DNA of 64,000 bases from assembly GCA_963728405.1 (NCBI GenBank), contig CAVSJV010000013.1:96001-160000 (forward strand), read 5' to 3'. Source of the stretch: Methanomassiliicoccaceae archaeon (GTDB lineage: Archaea > Thermoplasmatota > Thermoplasmata > Methanomassiliicoccales > Methanomassiliicoccaceae). This document shows positions 52,598-63,113 of this stretch, piece after piece (position 1 is the first letter of the stretch; every line of letters starts with the position of its first letter). The translations under genes were made by a program, and so were the position numbers. A model generated the notes under the pieces. The model searched no databases. It was not told the DNA's origin and saw only the letters and a list, made by a program, of their open reading frames with translations.

Positions 52598-53443
52598 TTA
52601 TTGTGTCAGGTTGTTCTTGTATCGAATATGGGACAGCACTGTCCGCGTTACCAGAGGATTGGCCTGGTTGGGAGCTATCCCGATATCCTTCAGGACTGCG
52701 CTGACCAGCTCCGGCGTTACATCGATACCGGTGGAATGCCGTACCACCGAGCGGTGGATGGTCTGCACCAGCAGCGTCGCCTCGTCCAAGCGCCTATTGA
52801 CGGCATGGTCCTCTAGCGGATCGGCCCAGGCCGATAACATCGTCTCGATGCCCAAGGTCCTGAGCGTGCGGAAGGTACGGATCATGGCGAAGGCATCATC
52901 ATAGATCGGTACATCTCCCGGCACTGGAACGGCATCGCCAGTGATGGCGGTGCGGGATGCCGGCGACCATAGGGTGATCGACCCCTTGGAATGGCCAGGG
53001 GTGTGGACGACGGCCAGGGTGGACCCCCCCACCTTGATGATCTCCCCATCCTTGACCATGGTGTCGAGATGGACCGGTCCTGAGATCAGCGTGTCGAAAC
53101 CGGGGACCGGCCGTTCGGCCTTCTGTAATGCCGGCCTCTCGATCCATTCTTTCTCCGAACCATGAGCAAGGACCTTGCATCCAGTGGCGGCGACCACCTC
53201 TGGCGCCGCGCCGATATGATCGGGGTGGGAGTGAGTGAGAATGAGCTTGGAGATCTCCTGGGGCCGCCGCCCTATGGAGCGGATCTTTTTGAAGATCGCC
53301 TTTTCCGATCCCTTTACTCCCGTATCGATTAGGGTAAGGTCCTCGCTTTCAACGATGAAAACATTGACGAATCGGTCAAGGGCCTTCCCCGGGGCGATGG
53401 GCACCTTGAATGGAATGGTGAGAGAATGGATGTTGGTGGCCAT
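52598..53443 (-). CDS. MBL-fold metallo-hydrolase (glyoxalase II-like)
   Basis: IDTG, THSHPDHIG, TPGHS.G, GD. Confidence 0.88.
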   Translation of the reverse strand: MATNIHSLTIPFKVPIAPGKALDRFVNVFIVESEDLTLIDTGVKGSEKAIFKKIRSIGRRPQEISKLILTHSHPDHIGAAPEVVAATGCKVLAHGSEKEWIERPALQKAERPVPGFDTLISGPVHLDTMVKDGEIIKVGGSTLAVVHTPGHSKGSITLWSPASRTAITGDAVPVPGDVPIYDDAFAMIRTFRTLRTLGIETMLSAWADPLEDHAVNRRLDEATLLVQTIHRSVVRHSTGIDVTPELVSAVLKDIGIAPNQANPLVTRTVLSHIRYKNNLTQ

Positions 53444-53814
53444 GTTCCTCACCCCGGGCAACAGCTCCAAGCTGTTTAGTCTTTCCCCAGGAAACGTCTT
53501 ATCGGCCGTTTCTACCCATGGTGCTATGGATCAGAGAGCACTGGTTGGCCAGTTACTGCCTGGAACACTAAAATACCAACCCAGGAGCCCGTAGGCCGTT
53601 CGTGCATTTCCGTTCCGGAGTTCCACAGTTCAGAAATCCATCTCTTGCATCTCGCCCGATAGGAACCCGCTGACCCCGGTCGAGATGACCCTGAGTGCGG
53701 ACCCATCGTCAGCCTCAGTCAGCTTCATAGTGATGGTCCCTGTTTCGTCCTACTATTGATGGGTCCGAGGGCCGGTCGCCGGTCTGAGATCGTTGGAGCT
53801 AAGGAGGAACAGTG

Positions 53815-54297
53815 ATGAAAGGCATCGTTGCGTTCGACAGCGTTTACGGGAACACTAAGCAGGTGGCCGAGGCCATCGCCGAGGAGATCAAGGCCCAGGG
53901 GCACGAGGTTGAGGTCTACAATCTGGGTGAGAAGGTGCCCCGGGGAGTGACTGGCGACTTTGTGTTCGTCGGCTCGCCCACCAGGATGTCCAGGATGACG
54001 GGGCGGACCAAGAAGTTCGTCAAGAGGCTGGACAAGAGAACCTGGTCCTCGAAACCAGTGGTCCCGTTCGAGACGATCTTGGCGCTGCCGGAGGACCCGG
54101 CGGAGCGGGCCAAGGCAGAGAAGTGGACCACCCACACCGCCGGCCCGAGGATCAAGGAGCTTGCCGAGAAGCGAGGGCTGATGGTGAGCGAGAAGGTGCT
54201 CCGTGTGGATGTGAAGGGTCTGAAAGGACCGCTGGCCCCTGATGGTCTGAACAAGGCGAGGGAATTCACTCATAGTTTTATCGCAACCATCAAGTGA
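53815..54297 (+). CDS. Flavodoxin-domain protein
   Basis: DSVYGNTKQVAEAI, GSPT; AGGAGG RBS. Confidence 0.88.
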   Translation: MKGIVAFDSVYGNTKQVAEAIAEEIKAQGHEVEVYNLGEKVPRGVTGDFVFVGSPTRMSRMTGRTKKFVKRLDKRTWSSKPVVPFETILALPEDPAERAKAEKWTTHTAGPRIKELAEKRGLMVSEKVLRVDVKGLKGPLAPDGLNKAREFTHSFIATIK

Positions 54298-54413
54298 AGA
54301 TTCCTTTGGGCCTTGTGCCCAACTCCTTTTCAGATCATTTCCCGTCCTTTGTTCACGGCATAAAAATGGATGGAAAGGGTTTTTGTACTTACCGAGGCTC
54401 AATACGATCGTCG

Positions 54414-54596
54414 TCAGACACTGAAGAAGGTCAATCCGTAGCCCATGTTCCCAGCAGGATCAGTGACGACGATCGCGATGCTGTGAAATCCAGAGCGCAG
54501 AGTTCCTGCCGGCACCTGGTAGGTTACGGTGTAGATGCCTGTGCGCTCGTCATATTGAAGGTTCATCCCACTGCTGACCGTCTTGGCGTCTATCAT
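54414..54596 (-). pseudogene. Ig-like (surface-protein) C-terminal fragment
   Basis: L.SG.H.I.IVVTDPAGN motif without an upstream gene body. Confidence 0.4.
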
Positions 54597-54752
54597 GAGC
54601 TGACACCCGGCAAAACTATGGAATCTATGGAATTATCGTTTGAGTTCTTGAATGGGTTTGTTCTTTCAATTCAACCACATTCAGATGCGTCCCCCCTTGA
54701 ACAGGGTCAACCGCAAACCATTATATCCACCGTGACATTACCGACTGGTCAA

Positions 54753-54825
54753 GGGCAGATAGATCAGCTGGAAGATCGCGACATTCGCAATGTCGAGGCC
54801 GCGGGTTCAAATCCCGCTCTGTCCA
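54753..54825 (+). tRNA. tRNA-Ala(CGC)
   Basis: CGACA TTCGCAA TGTCG anticodon arm, G3:U70 pair, GGTTCAAATCC. Confidence 0.95.
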
Positions 54826-54826
54826 C

Positions 54827-55057
54827 TCAAATTCTGGCTTCTTCAATTTGAACCGTTTGCGGTTCATTTCGGATTCTCTGATACTGGGCGTATTTCGCCA
54901 TCGCGTTGCTCATATCCTCGAAGTCTAGTCCTAGATACTTGAGCGTCGTACGGGTGTCGGCGTGACCGAAGATCTTCGCGATCTCCTCGATAGGCACACG
55001 TGGGCCCGGAACATCATACGGCCGCTGGTCCGGCGGAGGTCATGAAAACGCTTAGGG
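54827..55057 (-). pseudogene. Tyrosine-integrase C-terminal remnant abutting tRNA-Ala
   Basis: FHDLRRT.GR...IFGHADTRTTLKYLGL; stop codon immediately after the tRNA 3' end. Confidence 0.85.
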
Positions 55058-55883
55058 CTACAGTTGGCAGTCGCGGCTTTTCCCGTCGTCGCCCACTTCG
55101 GATGATCTACCACTGATCTCCCGCCCCTTCATCTCACTGAAGAACTTCCCCAATGACTCCCGAAGGACGCGCTGCGGAATTTCTTCAATGCCCCCGCGCG
55201 GCAGCTTGCCCAATGGGAACGGCCCGAACGCCACGCGGATCAAGCGCGTCACCTGCAGGCCCAGATGGGCCATGATATTGCGAACCTCGCGGTTCTTACC
55301 TTCGCGGATCGTCACAACAAGCCAGTGGCTCGGTCCCTCCTCCTTGCCTTTCTCGATCTCGATCTTGATGGGTTCGTACCGGATGCCCGAAATCGTCACC
55401 CCGTTCGCGACCGAGGCGAGCTTCTCGAGGTCGACATGCCCGCTCACGCTCACTCGGTAGCGCCGCAGCCAGGCGTTTTGCGGCAACTCCAAATGCCGCG
55501 CCAATTCCCCATCGTTCGTCAGAAGCAACAGCCCCTCGGTATTGAAGTCCAAGCGCCCCACGCTCACGACGCGCGGCATCTCGGGAGGCAGCTTCTCGAA
55601 CACGGTCGGACGTCCCTGGGGGTCCTTCGCCGTTGTAATGGTGCCCGGCGGTTTGTGATAACGCCACACGCGGGTTTCCTCGGCCGCTTTCAAAGACTCC
55701 CCGTCAACCGTGATGACAGTTCTTATCCGTGACGTTCAGCGCGGACGAGATCAAAACCTTGCCGTCGACAGCCACACGGCCGTCTGCGATCAGCCTTTCG
55801 GCGTCGCGGCGCGAGCACACGCCGGCTCGGGCCAGCACTTTAGCGATGCGTTCGCCTTCAAAGGAAGATTCGGTTTTGTGCAT
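55058..55883 (-). CDS. rluB: Bacterial RsuA/RluB-family rRNA pseudouridine synthase with S4 domain; frameshift near 55720
   Basis: ERIAKVLARAG.CSRR, HKP.G..TT..DP.GR.TVF, VGRLD.NTEGLLLLTNDG, EGKNREVR, RLIRV.FGP. Confidence 0.9.
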
Positions 55884-56176
55884 CTCGGCCTCGCTTATCT
55901 TGCAACTTGCCCCCTTATAGCGCATAGATATGGCCTGCAAGCAATCGCGTTTATGTGAGCGTTTCTCTGTCTAATTCCAAGATTGACTCGTAATATTTGT
56001 CCTTGTCTTCGACACTGAGGTGGAGGAATCGTTCAAGTTCGGCCGGGTCTTCCTGCATTAATTTCACATCAATCAACCTATGATGGGTCGAACGATAACT
56101 AGCCCTATCCTCCACCATAAAACCAGGTATTGGTATGACCGTAGAAAAGATTATTTGCAAAAAAGGTCAAGCGTGG

Positions 56177-56581
56177 CTAGCACAACCGCTCGCCAAGGAA
56201 GATCTCCTTGAGCGTCGCGGCCAACTGCTCCATCTCCTCGACAGTCATGGGCTTGACGAGGTACCAGACCATACCGCTATCCTTGGCTTTGGCCACATCG
56301 TCTGGAGAGCTGGAGCCGGATCTAACGATCAATGGCGTATTCCTGTAGGTGCCGCTCTCCTTTAGTATGTTCATCAAACTATGGCCAGTGATCTTGGGCA
56401 AGTTAAGGTCCAAGAGTATGAGGTCCACGGCATGCTTTGCCTCGATATACTTTGGGGCTTCTTCGCCATCGCTCAGTCATGTAACTCGATAGGCCATTCT
56501 AGTTTCATTCAACACTTCCTCGATGAGATGAACATCGCTCATGTTATCCTCGATTAGAATGATCTGGAGAGGCTCATTCAT
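56177..56581 (-). pseudogene. Single-domain response regulator with an in-frame TGA
   Basis: ILIEDN..D, LDLNLP, KP; TGA at 56477-56479 where the paralog has Trp. Confidence 0.8.
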
Positions 56582-58103
56582 TCAATTCCCCCCCCCGCTT
56601 CGGGCAGAGTGAAAAAGAATGTCGAACCCTTACCTTCCTCGCTTTCGACCCATATCCGACCGCCGTGACGTTCGACGATCTTTTTACTGATGGCCAGTCC
56701 GATGCCGGTGCCGGGGTACTTGTCCCTTGTATGTAGCCGCTGGAACATCTTGAAAATGTTCTCGTGGTACTTCGGATCGATGCCGATGCCGTTGTCCTTG
56801 ACCGCAATGATCCATCTATGACCGCGGTGGCGGGCTGACACTTCGACCTTCGGCCCCTCGGTTCCGCGGAACTTTATGGCGTTACTGATGAGGTTCTGCA
56901 GCACCTGGGTCATCTGCGATTCGTCGGCCAGAACGGTCGGCAGCGGTTCGATGCTAACTTGTGCTCCCGCCTCTTGTATGGCCACATGCAGGTTGTTCTT
57001 AACCGTCTCGACGACCTTGTTCATGTCCACGAGAGTGTGCTCCTCGCGCTTGGTTTCGATGCGTGAGAACTGCAGCAGGTCGGCGTTCGATTCGGGGCGG
57101 CCAGGTTCTCTTCGTTCCTTTGCTGCTCGGTGATGTCGATGTTCACACCCCCCCAGCCCATGACCTTGCCTACATCGTCCTTGAGCGGCACCCCTCTCGC
57201 AAGGACATAGCGGTATTGACCGTCCTTGCCCATGATGTGATGAGTGTAGTTCCAGAAATCTCCCGTTTCAATGGTCTTCTTCCAATCGGAGATAGTTCGC
57301 TTGACCGTTTCTGGGTCAAGAGTGTCGAGCCAACCGAACTTGAGGATATCATCCTCGCTCTTGCCGACGAGTTCGCAGAACGAGGGGCTGATGTAGGTCG
57401 CCCGACCTTGGGCGTCCATTGTCCAGATGCCGAAGGGGATCAGCTCACCGATGGTACGGTACTTGGCCTCGCTCTCGCTCAGCTCCTTGGTGCGCTCTTG
57501 CACTTTATTTTCAAGCTGCTCGTTGGCCTTCTTCAACGCCTCTTCCGCTCTCCTCAGCGCGGTGACATCGGTGAGAATGGACCGGAATCCTTTTCCTGGA
57601 CCTTTGACCAGATCGCTCTCGAACTGTACAAGAATCTCGCTTCCGTCGTTCCGATGAATGGTGAAGGTGTTCTGCTGTTCTCCCTCTGAGGCGACCCGTC
57701 TGAAGTGGAGGTACAGCTGCTCTTGGGATCGAGGCGAAATGAATGTCGAAATTGCTTTATTCATCAGACTGGCCCTATTCGTCCTCAGGAGCTTCGATGC
57801 TCCTAAGTTGGCCTCTTTGATCAGAAGGTCTGGAGTCAGCGTGACATAACCAAGCGGAGCGAGGTCGTACAGCTCAAAATACTTGGCCCTGGTGGCCTCC
57901 AGCTCTACCTGGATCCTCTTGAGTTCCTCGTTCTGGATGTTCAGCTCCTCTTGATGGAGGGTGAGATCCTCTATCAGCTTAGAAGCATCTTTCTCTGAAA
58001 GCTCTTGAGATGGCCCCCTCTTTGCCAAGCGCTTCTTGGCCAGCTCCCTGATCTCTTCTCTACCGAGATCTTGCTCGTTCTCCATGGTTGAAACGTTCAA
58101 CAT
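56578..58103 (-). pseudogene. PAS histidine kinase with the DHp/H-box deleted
   Basis: HQEEL.IQNEEL coiled coil, 2 PAS, SNAD joined directly to LLQFSRI; intact HATPase. Confidence 0.8.
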
Positions 58104-58425
58104 AATCGACTTTCCTATTAATAGATAAATCGGCCTTAGCCAGACGATTTCGTGGGCAGTTATCCCGCTCTGTCCACAATTATAATAATTAGTACATATA
58201 AATCTTGCATGAACCGTAAGCCAGTATTCTCCAAACTCATCAACAACCTATAGCCCAAAAGGGGCCTGTTTAGGTGAGATCTATTTGGAAGATGTTCACT
58301 CCGCCCCCTCGCCCTATCTTTATTTCTGTCCCCGCACTCTCGTAACCAGGGTCCTAGTAAAGGAGGATCATCATCCACATCGAAAGATAATCGAAGCTTG
58401 TTGCGACTAAAACTGCCTCTCCAGG

Positions 58426-58860
58426 CTATCTTGTGCCCTCGCATCGTTTCTTCATGGCCTCGTTCATTTGCTCCAATCCCTTTTGTGTACCACGGATCCA
58501 TCCTCCCATAATGGGGACCAGGATACCGGAAAAAGAGACTCCCTGGGAGAACCGTGCTCTTTTCGGACCGAGAGGTTCGATGGTAAATCTATGTTGACCG
58601 TAGACCAGTCCTCTCACATAGGTGCTATGGAGCAGGAGCTCACGGTTCTCCTTGAGGCCTGAGACCCTTGTATTAAAGCTCATTTCCTTCCTGCCCGGTA
58701 TCCTTGCATGGGCCCTGAGGACATGTCCAGGCTTCGCATCACCGGACAACCCTACGATGAAGGGGTTCCAATCGGAATAGGATGGAAAGTCCAACAGGAC
58801 GATCCACACCCGCTCAACGGGGGCATCGATCTCGATGGTTGCTTTTATTTCCTTCATCAT
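58426..58860 (-). CDS. SRPBCC / polyketide cyclase-like protein
   Basis: IEIDAPVERVW..L.DF.SY..WNPF, G.H.F, MNEA.K.R.E. Confidence 0.88.
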   Translation of the reverse strand: MMKEIKATIEIDAPVERVWIVLLDFPSYSDWNPFIVGLSGDAKPGHVLRAHARIPGRKEMSFNTRVSGLKENRELLLHSTYVRGLVYGQHRFTIEPLGPKRARFSQGVSFSGILVPIMGGWIRGTQKGLEQMNEAMKKRCEGTR

Positions 58861-59156
58861 TAGCTTACTGCATTCGTTGTGTATTTATCATTAATAGTAG
58901 AGAGAAATCCCCTAATGCAATAATTGCCGATCCAGCTGTGCTATCCAACGACCCTGTGAAAGGGTGTAATTTTATCCACTGCCCCCGCACTGATCCTTTG
59001 GGCTAACACGGAGAATAGAAAAAAGGCCCACCATCATATCCGATGCTACGACGACAGTTCACATCGTCCTCCAAGCACCACATATCCTGGGGCTAAATTG
59101 GAGCGATAGGGCCGGACCCAAATGCGTCTATCCGCCCCGGTCATAGTTCGATTCAC

Positions 59157-61529
59157 TCACTGTTTGCTAAGCAACATGTGCATCAGATCGTCAGGTTTGA
59201 CCAAATGGCTCTGATCGTCACTGCCCACGCTCAGCTCCACCCATTTGATCTTGCCGTTGAATATGGTGTTCTCGGGTTTGTTTCCGAGCACAGTCGTGCC
59301 TGATTCGCAACCGATGTCTAGACCTTCGGTGGCTGAGAAGATCATCGGCTGAGTGACTTCCACCCTTCCCACACCCACCTGCTCACCATCATTATACAGA
59401 GTGACGATTCCGCCCTTGGCTAATCCTCCACCATCGTAAGCGAACTCTGCTCGTACCTGGTGCTCACCCGGTGGGACTGCTTTGGTGGCGTTAATCGTGA
59501 ACGATTTCACCCCGAACAGATTGTAGACGAACTTGGTCGTGCCCTCATTCATCAACAGAACCCAGCCACCTGACTTGCCGCCCTGAGCGACGATCGTCCC
59601 CCTGCCCCCTCCTTCGGGGATGATGATTTGCGCAGTGATCCAGAACGACCTGTTCTTTAGTGTCAGGACCGATGCTTCAGTAATCCGCTTCATTCCCGGG
59701 AAGAAGATTTGCTTGTTGCCTTTGACGAAAGATGGTCGTCCGGCTATCTCTGGGATGAACCTTTCGACGGCGCGGTCGTCCAAGGGGATGACATTATATT
59801 TGGTGGCTTCGATCAGGAACTGGCGCTGTAACTTGTGCAACATCTCCGGATTCTCCTTTGACAGATCGTGCGCCTGAGTATAGTCAGTGTGGCCGTCGTA
59901 TAGCTCCCAGACATCTTCGTCGAAAGGTATCTGTTTCGCGCCCGCCTCGAGCTTCCATGGTGTGCGGTGCTTTGTGCAGGCGCTCCATCCCTTGTAATAG
60001 ATGCCGCGGTTGCCGAACATCTCGAAATATTGCACGTCGTGGCGCTCCGGTTCCTCGGGTGTGTTGAAAGAATAAACTATGCTCGTGCCCTCGTAGGGGC
60101 TCTGGGTCACCCCATGCACCAAGATCGGTTCAGGAATGCCGGCAGCCTCGAGGATGGTGGGAGCGATGTCGATGACATGGCAGAACTGCGAGCGCTGGCC
60201 GCCCTTCTCTTTTATATACTTAGGCCAGTGAACTATCGTACCGTTGCGCGTCCCACCCCAGTGCGAGGCCACCTGTTTGGTCCATTGATAAGGTGAGTCC
60301 ATCGCCCAGGCCCAGCCCACCGCGTAATGGTTATATGCCTCTGTACTTCCCCACTTCTCCAAGTTTGCTATCAAGAACTCGGGGGTCTCGATGACCTCTC
60401 CCATGCCGTTCAGGGGGATGAACTCGTTGAATGTGCCCTTTATCGTGCCTTCGGCGGAGGCACCATTGTCGCCGGTGATGAGAACGATCAGCGTGTTGTC
60501 CAGGATGCCGATTTCCTTGATTGCATCGATGATTCTGCCCACATGATGGTCGGTGTGGGACAGGAAGCCGGCGTAGGTCTCCATCTGCCGCTCCAGCACG
60601 GGTTTGAGCCCCTCGGGCATGTCGTCCCAGGCCGGTATCTCCTCTGGCCGCTTGGTCAGCTCAGCCTCTGGTGGGATGATACTAAGCTCCTTCTGCCGCT
60701 CAAAGGTGATCTCCCTCTGCTTGTCCCATCCGTGGCTGAATTTGCCCCTATATTTCTCGATCCATTCCTTTGGTACATGGTGCGGGGCGTGTGTGGCGCC
60801 GGGGGCGAAATAGATGAAGAACGGCCGATCAGGGGCGAGCGACTTTTGCGTTCGCATCCATAGGATGGTATGATCGGCCAGGTCCTCGGTCAGGTGGTAG
60901 CCTTCTTCAGGGGTCTTGGGCTGTTCGATGGGGGTCGTGCCTTCATAGAGCGAGGGATACCACTGATTGTCCTCTCCGCCAACGAAGCCGTAGAAGTACT
61001 CGAACCCGGAGCCGGTGGGCCACATACCGAAGGGGCCGACCTGGCTGTTTTGGAATACCGGTACCTCATGGCACTTGCCGAACTGAGCCGTGTTATAGCC
61101 GTTCAGTTTTAGCGTCTCGGCGAGCGGCGCCTTATTGTTGGGCCGGATGGAGGTCATTCCGGGTGCCGACGTTGCCACCTCGGTGACGCTTCCCATGTTG
61201 ACCGAATGGTGGTTCCGGCCGGTGAGCAGGGCCGCTCGGGTCGGCGCGCATAGGGCGGTGGTGTGGAAGCGTTCGTAACGCAGGCCACCCCTGGCCAGCT
61301 TCTCGAAATTTGGCGTTTCACAGGGACCCCCGAAGGCGCTGGAAGAGCCGAAGCCCGCGTCATCTAACAAGACCACGAGGACATTTGGTGCTCCGGCAGG
61401 AGGGCTTAACGGCGTAATGGGTGGAAATTTGTTGTCAGGGTCCTTCGCGTCATAGGTGGTCAGGTGATGGCTGACCTGGTCAGGGATTGGCAGGACAACG
61501 CGGGATTGCTCATGGGATCGATCAGACAT
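59157..61529 (-). CDS. Arylsulfatase (Cys-type, formylglycine-dependent) with a C-terminal LamG-like domain
   Basis: PNVL..LLDD.G, CAPTRAALLTGR (CxPxR), GK.H, HAPHH, DNGAS. Confidence 0.93.
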   Translation of the reverse strand: MSDRSHEQSRVVLPIPDQVSHHLTTYDAKDPDNKFPPITPLSPPAGAPNVLVVLLDDAGFGSSSAFGGPCETPNFEKLARGGLRYERFHTTALCAPTRAALLTGRNHHSVNMGSVTEVATSAPGMTSIRPNNKAPLAETLKLNGYNTAQFGKCHEVPVFQNSQVGPFGMWPTGSGFEYFYGFVGGEDNQWYPSLYEGTTPIEQPKTPEEGYHLTEDLADHTILWMRTQKSLAPDRPFFIYFAPGATHAPHHVPKEWIEKYRGKFSHGWDKQREITFERQKELSIIPPEAELTKRPEEIPAWDDMPEGLKPVLERQMETYAGFLSHTDHHVGRIIDAIKEIGILDNTLIVLITGDNGASAEGTIKGTFNEFIPLNGMGEVIETPEFLIANLEKWGSTEAYNHYAVGWAWAMDSPYQWTKQVASHWGGTRNGTIVHWPKYIKEKGGQRSQFCHVIDIAPTILEAAGIPEPILVHGVTQSPYEGTSIVYSFNTPEEPERHDVQYFEMFGNRGIYYKGWSACTKHRTPWKLEAGAKQIPFDEDVWELYDGHTDYTQAHDLSKENPEMLHKLQRQFLIEATKYNVIPLDDRAVERFIPEIAGRPSFVKGNKQIFFPGMKRITEASVLTLKNRSFWITAQIIIPEGGGRGTIVAQGGKSGGWVLLMNEGTTKFVYNLFGVKSFTINATKAVPPGEHQVRAEFAYDGGGLAKGGIVTLYNDGEQVGVGRVEVTQPMIFSATEGLDIGCESGTTVLGNKPENTIFNGKIKWVELSVGSDDQSHLVKPDDLMHMLLSKQ

Positions 61530-61833
61530 TTCTTCTCCCTCGATCTATCGATGAAATTCATGAAACCACATATGACTTAAGACTTTCATAGGGATAGCAA
61601 AAAAGCCAGATGAGAATGATTCAATCTGATAGGATGAACAGTACAGTGTGGTCCACCTAAGACTCAACGCCGTGGCACATATCCAAGCGAACAGGATCAC
61701 TTGGCCGAGACGAGAACATCCTTTTTCTCACAATCATCCTTCTCATTTTACCTAATGGACAGTCTGCTCCCCTTTGAACCTCTCTGAGAAGTGTTTACGG
61801 ATTTTAGGAATTGAGCATAGCCTACTATTCTTC

Positions 61834-62021
61834 GGGTCCAAATCTCTGCGGGCCCACTAATTCTTCTGGCTTCACTCGTTTTTCCCAATAAATTTAGGAA
61901 ACGCCTTTACCTCGCGAACAATGTCGACATTACCGTCTCCTGGAAGGCCTGGGGGCTCGCTTTACTCTTCCTTCCGATTATATCCAGAAAGTCATCCCTC
62001 TTCTCTTGGACCTTGGCGAGA
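61834..62021 (-). repeat. Inverted diverged copy of the 25090-25278 integrase-tail plus tRNA-Ile-type att module
   Basis: Reverse complement reads TCTCGCCAAGGTCCA..GAAGAGGGA...GAGTGAAGCCAGAAGAATTAGTGGGCCCG; att core matches 23 of 26 positions. Confidence 0.85.
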
Positions 62022-62363
62022 CGATCAGGCTGAGCTCAGGATGTGTTTCGATCACATCACTCAGATCAGGGATATTGGGAGCTGAGGCAAAGATGTTGGA
62101 TTCGAAAGGCCCCGCTAAAGTGCCCAAATGAGGGAGAAATGTTTGACGTTCATCCGGTCTAAGGGGTAGCCAGACTAGGCCAACGGCGTAGGGCCATGTA
62201 TCCAATCCTCATTGGTTCCTGGGTCTGAGGGGAGAGACGATATCACTTTCTCAAAGCTGTGAACATAATGCAAGGTGTAAATTTTCCAGGTTGCGACTAC
62301 AGTATAATATATATGTTGATTCAATTAGCTTTATATAAATCGCTCAAGAGCGGAGATAGAAAA

Positions 62364-63062
62364 TTGATTACAGTAAATAAGTTCGCTAGGATTACTGGGT
62401 TACTGTATCTAATTTACATAATATCCACTGCCCTCGCAACAGTTATCCGCTCTCAACTCATTGTGTTCGGAGACGCTGCGACAACGGCCAATAATATCCT
62501 AGCAAATGAGTTCCTATTCCGCATCGGTTTTGTAACCGAACTGGTCTCTGCCTTGTTCTTTCTTTTGGCGGCCTGGGCGCTATATGTGCTATTGAAACCA
62601 GTCAATAAGAACATCGCGTTGCTGTTCTTGCTATTGAACCTGGGCGGGGTCATTATAGAGTGCGTCAATATGCTTAATCTATTTGCTGCCCTACCCCTTT
62701 TGAGCGGTGCTGATTATCTGAGCGCATTCTCGGCTGGTCAACTGCAAGCTCAAGCCATGTTATATCTCAATCTGTACTCCAATGGCTTCATGATCTGCCA
62801 GATATTCTTTGGCGCTTGGTTGCTTCCTCTGGGCTATCTAGTTTACAAATCGGTCTTTCTTCCGAGGATTTTAGGCATACTTTTAATCATTGATTTCTTT
62901 GGCGTCCTGATATGGTTCTTGCAGTTCTTCCTCTTCCCTGGCTACGAAGCAATATCATACCCAAGTTTCGCGGCTGGTTTCATTGCTGAGCTCTCGCTCA
63001 GTTTGTGGCTTTTGATCATGGGCGTAAAGAATCAGAATCCAGCTTTTACCAAAGATAGTTGA
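62364..63062 (+). CDS. DUF4386 family membrane protein
   Basis: ARITGLLYL, GDAA.TA.NI, LY.LLKPVNK, FFG.W...LGYL...S..LPR.LG. Confidence 0.85.
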   Translation: MITVNKFARITGLLYLIYIISTALATVIRSQLIVFGDAATTANNILANEFLFRIGFVTELVSALFFLLAAWALYVLLKPVNKNIALLFLLLNLGGVIIECVNMLNLFAALPLLSGADYLSAFSAGQLQAQAMLYLNLYSNGFMICQIFFGAWLLPLGYLVYKSVFLPRILGILLIIDFFGVLIWFLQFFLFPGYEAISYPSFAAGFIAELSLSLWLLIMGVKNQNPAFTKDS

Positions 63063-63113
63063 TGGCCAGAAATAAAATGGCGACCAGTAATCAGAAGGAA
63101 GGGGACAAAAAAG

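Larger units (their letters stand above)
54826..61859. mobile_element. Decayed island at tRNA-Ala (accessory cargo probably continues to the window end)
   Basis: Integrase tail at the tRNA, foreign-looking cargo, att-like junction at 61834-61859. Confidence 0.65.

Noticed and set aside
53695-53770. 9-bp inverted repeat with GGACGAAAC and CTGACGA (hammerhead-like) on the minus strand
   Set aside because: Stems I and III and the cleavage triplet cannot be formed; at most a generic hairpin.
58950-59000. ACTGCCCCCGCACTG resembling the cobalamin riboswitch core
   Set aside because: The GGGAA and B12-box elements are absent and no plus-strand gene follows; it lies in front of a minus-strand gene.
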